This document shows, piece after piece, positions 10,289-18,675 of a stretch of DNA of 64,000 bases (position 1 is the first letter of the stretch; each line of letters opens with the position of its first letter). Source of the stretch: Leptolyngbyaceae cyanobacterium MAG.088 (lineage in GTDB: Bacteria > Cyanobacteriota > Cyanobacteriia > Phormidesmidales > Phormidesmidaceae); NCBI GenBank assembly GCA_019634055.1, contig JAHQVZ010000098.1, positions 3,246 to 67,245 on the forward strand, read 5' to 3'. Under the pieces are notes generated by a model. The model worked only from the letters and a program-made list of their open reading frames with translations, was not told where the DNA came from and ran no database searches. The translations under genes were made by a program, and so were the position numbers.

Positions 10289-10558
10289 GATGCAATCAGA
10301 ATAGTCAACCTTTCCCTAATCCATGACTGTTATAGTTTTGATCTGATGAGGTATCAGACATGTTGATAGGTTCTTTAAACAACACAAGCTATTCAGGTAT
10401 ACCCCTATAACCGAACACCCATGGCAAATGTACTATATAGAGTACGTCTGTCATAGACCATAACACCTCCCAATGTGTCGTCCACCTCCCTATATGTTAA
10501 CAAAAACCTCAATAATTTTATTTATCTGGTCAATATTAGCTCTTATTGATAAGAAACT

Positions 10559-12607
10559 GTGATTAATCGTCCTGTAGCTTTATGGAATGTCTTCAAGTTC
10601 CCTCTAGCTGGTGTCACTACCCTGAACCTTTTGCTGCCATCAGTAGCCTATGGGAGTCAGCATATTGATATAGAGGGTTGGCCGCAAGCAGTAATTTGCT
10701 ACGCTCATCCCAATAAGGTAGAGATTAATCAGAAATTACAAGTTGCGAATATAAAGATTACGACTAGGGTTTTTAGCTCAGTAAAACCTGATGTTTTAGG
10801 GCAGCTACCAAAGCAAGAGCCACAAGTAAACCCAAAGGTTGTTTGGCTAGGCAGTAGTCTACTGCTAGCAAGTTTAGGGATGTGTACGTTACTCATAGCA
10901 ATATATCGCTGTCGCGTTTATCAGTCACAGATCCTGAAAGAGCATGCAGAACGCTATCGAGATCTAGCAAGCCTTGGTGCCGATCTGTTTTGGGAACTAG
11001 ATGATAATCTGGCAATTTCCTATCTATCTGGTGATTTTGATTACCTGCAGCAAGAAACATTAGAAGGCAAAAAACTTTGTCAGATTCTAGCGTCTGTGCC
11101 TGATTTAGAGGCAGACTGGGTGCAACTTAATGATCGATTAACGCAACATCAATCTATTGAAAATTTCACGTTGCGGTTGCATACATCTAATACAACACTC
11201 CGTATCTTTCACCTAAATGCCCGTCCATTGTTTGATAAAAACAATACTTTTCAGGGCTACCGAGGTCTACAAAGAGAAATGACAGAGGAGTATAATCTCA
11301 CTCAAACGATTGCTTATCAGGCTACTTATGACCCTCTCACAGGACTAATGAACCGTAATGAGTTTGATACTCGTTTACGACAGACAATTAAGCGGGCGCG
11401 CGATCGGGGCATTCAATCAGTATTAGGGTATTTAGACTTAGATCAGTTCAAAATTGTTAACGATACAGCCGGTCATTTAATTGGTGATCAGCTTCTGACA
11501 GAGTTAGCTCAGCTACTACAGCAAAACATCCGCAGCTCCGATAGTTTAGGTCGGCTAGGGGGAGATGAATTTGGCTTGTTATTGGAAGGTTGTTCATTAG
11601 AACAAGGTCAGAGACTTTCCCAGATTCTGGTTGACAAAATTAAGAACTACCAATTTACTTGGCGAGGTCGGCACTTTCAGGTAGGTGTAAGTATTGGGCT
11701 AGTGCCAATTTTGGCTGATGCTTCTAGTGTGATTGAGTTGCTCAGTCGTGCGGACTTGGCCTGCTATAAGGCTAAGGACTTAGGGCGAGGGCGGGTTTAT
11801 ATAGCGGATCTCAACGATACAGCACTGGATCAACAACATCTTGAATTAATCCATATTGCCAATATTCCCCAAGCGATTTCAGAAAATCGATTTTATTTAG
11901 TGGAGCAGCCAATTGTCTCGCTGTTTGACGATAACTATCATCATGTCGAGGTTTTGTTGCGAATGACTGATGAAAACGGTAATAGTGTTCCTCCCAATTT
12001 GTTTATTCCTATGGCAGAACGCTATGGCATGATTGGCCTGATTGATCGCTGGGTGGTCAAAACCGTACTGAACAATTACCGCGACTACTATCCTGACGCT
12101 ACAACAATAGTTGCCATCAATCTGTCGGGGCGTAGCTTAAGCGATGAAGATTTTACTGAGTTTGTTACAGACTTATTGCAACAATCAACTATGCCTGCAG
12201 ACAAGTTATGTTTTGAAATTACAGAAACCACTACAATCTCTCAGCTTGATCAGGCATTAAAGTTTATCGATACTCTGAAAAAACTTGGGGTGACCTTTGC
12301 CCTCGATGATTTTGGTAGTGGTATTTCTTCTTTTGGATACTTGCAGAGATTGCCAGTCGACTATCTCAAGATCGATGGTGATTTGATTCGCAATATTGAT
12401 CAAGAGGAGTATATTCGAACAATTGTAGACATGGTTAATCAGGTAGCCATCATGATGGGGATGAAAACCATTGCTGAGTTTGTTGAAAACGATGCGATTT
12501 TGACAACCCTACGAGAGTTGAATGTGGGCTATGGCCAAGGTTACGGCATTGGTAAGCCAACACCATTGCCCACAATAAGTACGGATACAAACGGATACAA
12601 CCTGTAA
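10559..12607 (+). CDS. membrane-associated sensor with GGDEF diguanylate cyclase and EAL phosphodiesterase domains
   Basis: It carries GGDEFGLLL, an EAL-domain motif EVLLR, and DDFGSG. A TM and PAS-like region precedes the GGDEF domain. Confidence 0.9.
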   Translation: MINRPVALWNVFKFPLAGVTTLNLLLPSVAYGSQHIDIEGWPQAVICYAHPNKVEINQKLQVANIKITTRVFSSVKPDVLGQLPKQEPQVNPKVVWLGSSLLLASLGMCTLLIAIYRCRVYQSQILKEHAERYRDLASLGADLFWELDDNLAISYLSGDFDYLQQETLEGKKLCQILASVPDLEADWVQLNDRLTQHQSIENFTLRLHTSNTTLRIFHLNARPLFDKNNTFQGYRGLQREMTEEYNLTQTIAYQATYDPLTGLMNRNEFDTRLRQTIKRARDRGIQSVLGYLDLDQFKIVNDTAGHLIGDQLLTELAQLLQQNIRSSDSLGRLGGDEFGLLLEGCSLEQGQRLSQILVDKIKNYQFTWRGRHFQVGVSIGLVPILADASSVIELLSRADLACYKAKDLGRGRVYIADLNDTALDQQHLELIHIANIPQAISENRFYLVEQPIVSLFDDNYHHVEVLLRMTDENGNSVPPNLFIPMAERYGMIGLIDRWVVKTVLNNYRDYYPDATTIVAINLSGRSLSDEDFTEFVTDLLQQSTMPADKLCFEITETTTISQLDQALKFIDTLKKLGVTFALDDFGSGISSFGYLQRLPVDYLKIDGDLIRNIDQEEYIRTIVDMVNQVAIMMGMKTIAEFVENDAILTTLRELNVGYGQGYGIGKPTPLPTISTDTNGYNL

Positions 12608-12635
12608 CTAACGGCTGATCTGGGATATCACAGTT

Positions 12636-14486
12636 CTACGCTGTTACTAACGGTTTTACTTGGGCTAGCATTGCTCGTAATTCTTCTCCTTCGATCACTT
12701 CTTCTTTTAGCAATTGTTGGGAAATGCTTTCCAGCAACTCTCGGTTATTCCGAAGAATTTCCAAGGCCTTATCATGGGCTGTTTTCACCAAATCTTTGAC
12801 TTCGGCGTCAATGGCTCTGGCCGTTGCTTCACTCATATTGCGCCGTGCATTGGGCATACCGCTGTCTAGAAATGAGCTTTGTTGACCCTTGTCGTAGGCT
12901 AGAGGTCCTAGAACATCACTCATGCCATAGGTTGTAACCATTTGCTCAGCCACTTCTGTTGCCCGTTGCAGGTCATTAGCGGCACCAGTGGTAATTGAAC
13001 CAAAAACAACCTCTTCAGCAGAACGCCCCCCTAATAATGTAGCGATTTGGCCTTTTAATTCCTCTTCACTGCGAAGAAATCGATCTTCAGTTGGTAACTG
13101 GAGCGTATAGCCTAATGCAGCCATCCCTCGCGGCACAATCGAGATTTTCTCTACCTGCCCACCCCCTTCCATTAATGTACCTACCATGGCATGGCCAACT
13201 TCATGGTAAGCAACGATTTCCTTCTCTTTATTGTTCAACACCCGACTTTTTTTCTCTAGGCCTGCTACCACGCGCTCAATAGCTTCGGCAAAGTCAGCTT
13301 GAACGACTGCCTGGCGGTTATTGCGGGCTGCTAGCAAAGCCGCTTCATTGACCAGGTTAGCCAGGTCGGCACCAGCAAATCCAGGGGTGCGGGTAGCAAT
13401 GGCATTCAAATCCACATCATCTTCTAGCTTGACCTCTTGGGCATGGATTTTGAGAATCGCTTCACGCCCCTTGAGATCTGGGCGATCCACTAGCACCTGA
13501 CGATCAAAACGACCGGGACGCAATAGAGCCTGATCTAAGGTTTCAGGACGGTTAGTCGCAGCTAACACAATGATGGTGTTATCACCTGCACTAAAGCCAT
13601 CCATCTCTGTGAGCAGTTGGTTTAGGGTTTGCTCCCGTTCATCATTACCACCATAGAAACCGCCAGAAGCACGGGATTTACCAATGGCATCTAGCTCATC
13701 GATAAAGACGATACAGGGAGCCTGTTTTTTAGCCTGCTCAAATAGATCACGTACCCGTGAAGAACCTACACCCACGAACAGTTCAATAAACTCAGAGCCA
13801 GAAATACTAAAGAAAGGTACACCCGCTTCACCAGCGACTGCCTTGGCTAGCAGTGTTTTACCGGTTCCTGGAGGTCCGACTAGCAATACTCCCTTGGGAA
13901 TCTTGGCTCCAATATCGGTAAACCGCTTGGGTGTTTTCAAAAAGTCAACGATTTCTACCAGTTCAGTTTTGGCTTCTTCCACGCCAGCCACATCTTCAAA
14001 GGTAATTTTGGTGGCTTCATCTTCTACATAGACTTTGGCCTTACTTTTACCAATGGAAAGTGCACCTTGGGGGCCACCACCTCTGGCTAAGAAAAAGCGC
14101 CAAACCGCGATAAAGATTAAAGGGGGAATCACCCAACTCAATAAGCTACTAATCCACTGGTTTTGGGGCGGTGGCATGGCTGCAAATTCAACACCATTCG
14201 CTTCTAGCAGGTCCGGCAGTTTTAAGTCGAAAATTGGTGTGGTGGAGTAGACTGCGCCAGGCTCTCCGAGGTCATCTGTTACCTGATAGCGAATTTCGTT
14301 TTGCCCTACGGATGCTTTGATCACCTCATGCTCTTGCACCTGATGGATAAACATGCTGTAAGGGGTGCGTGGGGTGCGCTGAATGGGTAGAAAAATATTT
14401 ACCGTCAGCAGAATTGCGCCTAGCAAAAAAAGTAGATTACTGATTTGCCTGGACCGTGGTGGGCGTGGGTCTTTGTTGACTGGCAT
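12636..14486 (-). CDS. ftsH: ATP-dependent zinc metalloprotease FtsH
   Basis: 616 aa with two N-terminal TMs, Walker A GPPGTGKT, the second region of homology, and the zinc motif [11 protein letters not shown]. Confidence 0.97.
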   Translation of the reverse strand: MPVNKDPRPPRSRQISNLLFLLGAILLTVNIFLPIQRTPRTPYSMFIHQVQEHEVIKASVGQNEIRYQVTDDLGEPGAVYSTTPIFDLKLPDLLEANGVEFAAMPPPQNQWISSLLSWVIPPLIFIAVWRFFLARGGGPQGALSIGKSKAKVYVEDEATKITFEDVAGVEEAKTELVEIVDFLKTPKRFTDIGAKIPKGVLLVGPPGTGKTLLAKAVAGEAGVPFFSISGSEFIELFVGVGSSRVRDLFEQAKKQAPCIVFIDELDAIGKSRASGGFYGGNDEREQTLNQLLTEMDGFSAGDNTIIVLAATNRPETLDQALLRPGRFDRQVLVDRPDLKGREAILKIHAQEVKLEDDVDLNAIATRTPGFAGADLANLVNEAALLAARNNRQAVVQADFAEAIERVVAGLEKKSRVLNNKEKEIVAYHEVGHAMVGTLMEGGGQVEKISIVPRGMAALGYTLQLPTEDRFLRSEEELKGQIATLLGGRSAEEVVFGSITTGAANDLQRATEVAEQMVTTYGMSDVLGPLAYDKGQQSSFLDSGMPNARRNMSEATARAIDAEVKDLVKTAHDKALEILRNNRELLESISQQLLKEEVIEGEELRAMLAQVKPLVTA

Positions 14487-14553
14487 GGGCTGAAGTTCCT
14501 TACAAATATGTCCTTAGCCTTAGCCTATCAACGTCACTGGAGAAAAAAACTGA

Positions 14554-14586
14554 TTGAAAACCGTACACTAACGGTCCGGTTTTCAA
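14554..14586 (-). terminator. terminator-like hairpin plus T7 tract on the ftsH strand, about 70-100 nt upstream of the ftsH start
   Basis: The minus strand reads TTGAAAACCG-N13-CGGTTTTCAA, then TCAG, then TTTTTTT. Confidence 0.35.
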
Positions 14587-14976
14587 CGCTTTCTGCCCAT
14601 AGGATGTGAAAAAAAATACTATCAATGGCTCACAACTGAGTGCATTTTGAACGTATCTCTCAGTTTGTTTTGGGCATTGTTTTTTGTGTTTGTAGTTTAT
14701 TGAAACCGGCCTGATTTATGGGGGCATTGCTTAGTAAAGCTATGGCTTCAATTCAATGGGAATAATTTTTAGTTGCGGGAAATATTCATAGAGTGTGGCA
14801 AAAGTAAAGAATACTGACTACAGTTCAAAGAAAGTTGATGCATTTTTAGAATCTGATTGGCATTCGATAAACATTCTGCTGAAGCGGAGGTCAGTGACCC
14901 TAGGCTTGGGTCAAGTTAGGCATAGAGGGCAGACATACTGCTCCTTCATGTTATGAATAACGCCTATAACAAACCG

Positions 14977-15000
14977 CCCCCGGTGCTTTTGCATCGGGGG
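14977..15000 (-). terminator. probable intrinsic terminator of the PEP-CTERM gene
   Basis: The + strand reads CCCCCGGTGC-TTTT-GCATCGGGGG, a 10-bp stem with one G-U. On the minus strand it is followed by TTTGTTAT and lies about 85 nt after the stop. Confidence 0.45.
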
Positions 15001-15085
15001 TTATTACATGAAAAAAATCAGCGCATAATGTGCTGAGTAAATGAAATATCAACAGACAAGTTGTTAATAGGGGTATTGCCTTCGT

Positions 15086-15652
15086 CTAGTTCTTTTTAGG
15101 AAGGAATCCAGTACCGACTAGGCCTAGAATGCCGAGCAATAAACCTGGCTCAGGGACGGATTCTGGCTCTGATTCGTGTTCCGGTCCTTCAGCATAGGTA
15201 TAAACGGATAGATGAGAGAGGCCGGGGGTATTATTTTTACCCACTTTTGCTACCCCTTCTGTTGACCACTCAAAACTAGACAAATCATCAACTGTATAAA
15301 GTGAGTAAGAATTTCCTGCCTTGACAGCGATCGCACCAAAACCACTCAAGCTTGTAGATGCATTACCCGCCTTTGTGCCATCACCACCAGACGTAAAGGA
15401 CACGGTACTATCTTCATTGTCACCAGCAAATGACCAACCTGAGCCAAATAAGGCATCCAGATTGTTCAATCCAGTACCCTGTGCACCCTTATCATTGCCG
15501 CTAAAAGAACCTGCGCAGTCAATATAACTAAAACTAACATTTGCACAACTTCCACTTCCTCCAAGGGTTGCTGCTTGTGCTGTTGAGTTAAGGGATGGTG
15601 TGAGGAGAACAGCTGTTGATCCTAAAACTGTTAAAACTATATTTTTAATCAT
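15086..15652 (-). CDS. PEP-CTERM sorting-domain secreted protein
   Basis: The C-terminus VPEPGLLLGILGLVGTGFLPKKN combines PEP, a TM and a basic tail. The signal peptide MIKNIVLTVLGSTAVLLTPSLNSTAQA starts at an internal Met, whereas the tracked ORF starts at 15712. Confidence 0.8.
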   Translation of the reverse strand: MIKNIVLTVLGSTAVLLTPSLNSTAQAATLGGSGSCANVSFSYIDCAGSFSGNDKGAQGTGLNNLDALFGSGWSFAGDNEDSTVSFTSGGDGTKAGNASTSLSGFGAIAVKAGNSYSLYTVDDLSSFEWSTEGVAKVGKNNTPGLSHLSVYTYAEGPEHESEPESVPEPGLLLGILGLVGTGFLPKKN

Positions 15653-15853
15653 TTCTATTTTCAGAATCTTACCTATATCTAAACCCTGTCTAACAAAGAC
15701 AGAACTGAACAAGGTTCCGTGGAATGTACGATTTAATACAATCTTTGAGAATAATTCATCAGTATGTTGTTTTTGGAAAATGAGTTATCGGTACTAGAAT
15801 TTTGGGCATAGAGACCTATTTAGGTCTGCTATTGATGGATTGATTTCTAAGTG

Positions 15854-17332
15854 TTAGTGCTGAGCCATAATATGAATTGCTACTGCGTGTAGGGGGGGGA
15901 CTTTAAAGCTCGCTTTACCCTCTATATCCACCACAATCGGTATATCGCAGCTAGTTAATGCACTATCAGGTGTTGTAATTGGCTTAGAAGGAGCTAAAAC
16001 ATTGCAGTAGCTACCGCTCGGTAACCCGGTCATCAAAGTTTCACTGAGAGGTTTGTTCTCATTATTGATGACGACAAAACCCCGGCTCCCTCGGGCAAAT
16101 GCGATTTGGTTATTGCCGTTGTCCCACCAATGGTTAACCGTAGAGACCCCTTTGGTCACATTACGAAATTCGACCATATTGGCAATCTCAGTCCAACGGT
16201 GCTCGCATACCCAGTCAGTCCCACAGCTTACCGGCAACGTTTGACCTTTTTCATCGGCAGGAGGGCCAAACCAGTTGCCTATTTCACGGGGCCAGTCATA
16301 GCTGGACATAATTTTAGGCGTACCATATGGCCAGGCCAGCATGAATACATTGGCTAGGCGATAACGTGCGCCATCATCCGCTGGAGAGTAAAAGGTCACG
16401 ATGTTGAGATCGCGACTCCGCTGAGTGCTGTGGTTATCTGTAAATACAACTGCCTTATGGCTCGGCATCAATCCCCAGGCTTGGCCGAACAGCATCAAGT
16501 TTTTTAATGCGCCATGGCGTACCTGTTCACCCAGATTGCGACCATAGGCAAATTCAGTGACAGCCCCATTCCCAAAATAGTCACTAGCTTGAGTTGAGTC
16601 AGTGTTGCTTACCTCTTGATAGACAAAGGGACGACCACCATGGCGATGAAATTTAGTATTGAGAGGGTGGAGACGGCGTAAAATCTTTGTCAGATGCTGA
16701 GGGGGGATATGTTCAGCAGAGTCAATGTGGAACCCAGCTACACCAAGAGCTAGCAGCTCATTCATCGCATTTGAAATTGCCACCTGCACCGTTTCACTGG
16801 CCATGTTCAACGCCTGTGGTGCGTCATCGATATTTCCTATGCCATGACTAACCCCATCATTGGCCCCATTACTGGCCGCTTCACTGGCCCCGTTACTAGT
16901 TATATGGTTGATCACCACATCGGCATAAACGTTAACACCAGCCTTGTGGCAATGACTGATCATCTCTGCCAGGTCTGATCGATTCCCACTGCGACTCGAT
17001 AACTTGTAGCTAACTGGTGTTTGATAGCGCTGATACCAGGGAAAAGAAATATTATCCTGCGCAATTACTGGATGCTCATGGGGGGGAGAAATTTGTACAG
17101 CCCCATATCCTTTAGGGCCTAGCCACGTCTCACACTCTTGAGCAATGTCTGCCCAAGGCCATTCAAACAGCTGAACAATCACAGAACGGGAACGGGTCTT
17201 TTGTCGTCCATCTGTTGGTAGAGGTAGCTGAGCTGATACTTGACATCCACCTATTGCCAGGGCAGAGACTATAGCTAACCAGCGTCTGACAACAGATGAT
17301 GTCAGTCGCTTTGAGGTTACCAGGGAGCCCAC
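15854..17332 (-). CDS. GH13 alpha-amylase-like lipoprotein (animal/chloride-dependent type), with an atypical catalytic region
   Basis: It contains VIVQLFEWPW..., DVVINH, GFHIDSAEH and YQEV, but FTDNHSTQR in place of FVDNHDNQR. There is a lipobox-like AIGGC after an N-terminal hydrophobic segment. Confidence 0.85.
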   Translation of the reverse strand: MGSLVTSKRLTSSVVRRWLAIVSALAIGGCQVSAQLPLPTDGRQKTRSRSVIVQLFEWPWADIAQECETWLGPKGYGAVQISPPHEHPVIAQDNISFPWYQRYQTPVSYKLSSRSGNRSDLAEMISHCHKAGVNVYADVVINHITSNGASEAASNGANDGVSHGIGNIDDAPQALNMASETVQVAISNAMNELLALGVAGFHIDSAEHIPPQHLTKILRRLHPLNTKFHRHGGRPFVYQEVSNTDSTQASDYFGNGAVTEFAYGRNLGEQVRHGALKNLMLFGQAWGLMPSHKAVVFTDNHSTQRSRDLNIVTFYSPADDGARYRLANVFMLAWPYGTPKIMSSYDWPREIGNWFGPPADEKGQTLPVSCGTDWVCEHRWTEIANMVEFRNVTKGVSTVNHWWDNGNNQIAFARGSRGFVVINNENKPLSETLMTGLPSGSYCNVLAPSKPITTPDSALTSCDIPIVVDIEGKASFKVPPLHAVAIHIMAQH

Positions 17333-17663
17333 GGAACTTTACTGCCTGCGATCGCAGGAAGACTAATTGTTTCAACAGTCCAAGCAGACATTTCTATGGC
17401 CTCAAAATGTGTTCAGCATAAGCTACGTATTATCTAATACCAGTATCCGAGTAGCCAAGTATTATTTTTTACGTAAATGGGGGCCACTACTCGGAGTTCT
17501 TGAGATTTTCTTTAGCCTTCCCAACTACGTTACCGAATAGAAAAACCTGCTTCCAGGGGGGGGATACCCCTTAAAAACAGGCGTTTTCAGTATTAAATCT
17601 AAAATGAGCTGACGTGAAAGCTAAGGCTGGTCAACCCATACCTTGTGCGAACGTCATTCGTGA

Positions 17664-17777
17664 CTACCACCCCTTATCTGCCTGAGATAATACGTAGGCT
17701 GCAACATTTTCAATTTGTTCAGGTAAAAATAGTGCACTGGCCAAAAAGGCAATGACAGTCGCCAAAATAGACTTCAT
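17664..17777 (-). CDS. candidate 37-aa small protein with a hydrophobic N-terminus (not in the ORF track, below 60 aa)
   Basis: The ATG is preceded by GAGGAG with a 6-nt spacer. It translates to MKSILATVIAFLASALFLPEQIENVAAYVLSQADKGW. I recognise no homology. Confidence 0.3.
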   Translation of the reverse strand: MKSILATVIAFLASALFLPEQIENVAAYVLSQADKGW

Positions 17778-18195
17778 TGGATACTCCTCTCAAAATATCG
17801 AAGACTTGTATCAAACTGACTTGACAATCAGCTTGATAAATAACTAAGCAATAGGGTCAACGATTTTTCAGTGGCTGGTCAAATGACATCAAGTCAAATC
17901 ATGAACAAGTGTGAAGTGAATTTGATGGGGCTGCTGAATGTAATGTCCACTTTTTAGGATGATTCAAGGTGTTGTGGAAAACCTCCTAGCTCTTAAACAG
18001 TAATGGTTTCACATCGGAAGAGCATGGGGCTTTAAGACGCACTGCAAGGATTTATGGATACTCTAAAATTCATTAATGGTCCAAGCTATAGTTTTTCATC
18101 TTTGTAGTGACTCAAGGCGTTCTAAAATGGTATGCAGATGAGTCAAATTTAGGGTTACCCTAAATTTCGCCGAGTTCAACCTTGAGAAAATCACT

Positions 18196-18600
18196 ATGAC
18201 ATTTTTACGTCGAGTTTTTCGGACAGTGGGTGCGCTTCTTGCTGTTGCCACTCTTGTTCTAGCAAGTACTGTGTTCAATGCGGCCCCTGCCTACGCTACT
18301 GATCACACAGTCAAAATGGGCTCCGATGCTGGTCTACTCCAGTTTGAGCCTGCCACCATCACAATTAAGGCTGGTGATACGGTCACTTGGGTTAACAATA
18401 AAATGGCACCCCATAATGTGATCTTCGATGCAGACGCAGTTCCTGGTGGCAAAGATGTTGCTGATTCCTTATCTCAGTCGCAGTTAACCTTTGCTCCTGG
18501 TGAGTCTTATTCTTCCACCTTTAGTGAGCCTGGTGAGTACAACTACTTCTGTGCCCCTCACCGTGGTGCTGGTATGGCTGGTAAAATCATTGTTCAGTAA
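18196..18600 (+). CDS. petE: plastocyanin precursor
   Basis: It has a signal peptide ending AYA and copper ligands in PHNV and [19 protein letters not shown]. Confidence 0.95.
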   Translation: MTFLRRVFRTVGALLAVATLVLASTVFNAAPAYATDHTVKMGSDAGLLQFEPATITIKAGDTVTWVNNKMAPHNVIFDADAVPGGKDVADSLSQSQLTFAPGESYSSTFSEPGEYNYFCAPHRGAGMAGKIIVQ

Positions 18601-18631
18601 TCAGCACGTTTGCTAATTGATTGTGAACTTG

Positions 18632-18665
18632 AAAAAAGGGTTGGCCTAGGGCCAACCCTTTTTGT
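18632..18665. terminator. bidirectional intrinsic terminator between petE and the convergent ABC ATPase gene
   Basis: The sequence is AAAAAA-GGGTTGGCC-TAG-GGCCAACCC-TTTTTG. Confidence 0.7.
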
Positions 18666-18675
18666 TTAACCAGGT

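Noticed and set aside
13684-14250. Antisense ORFs inside ftsH (13684..14031, 14035..14250). Similar shadow ORFs occur inside recN (9568..10005), dnaJ (49353..49835), dnaK (51024..51329, 51381..51617), spoT (22636..23403), the ABC ATPase, petA and others.
   Set aside because: They lie opposite long, motif-rich, confidently identified genes and translate to low-complexity Ser/Pro/Arg-rich strings. This is typical of non-coding shadow frames.
15892-17563. Homopolymer tracts: C8 in the amylase-like CDS (15892..15899 on +), C7 (17080..17086), and G8 in the intergenic region (17556..17563). I considered slipped-strand phase variation.
   Set aside because: Comparable G7 runs occur in housekeeping genes here (spoT 23807..23813, pilT 57083..57089). 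The C8 tract affects only the last 15 codons. There is no evidence of variation from a single sequence.
18096-18278. A 60-aa minus-strand ORF overlapping the petE start and promoter.
   Set aside because: It overlaps the confidently called petE signal-peptide region antisense. It has an Arg/Thr-rich composition and no SD.
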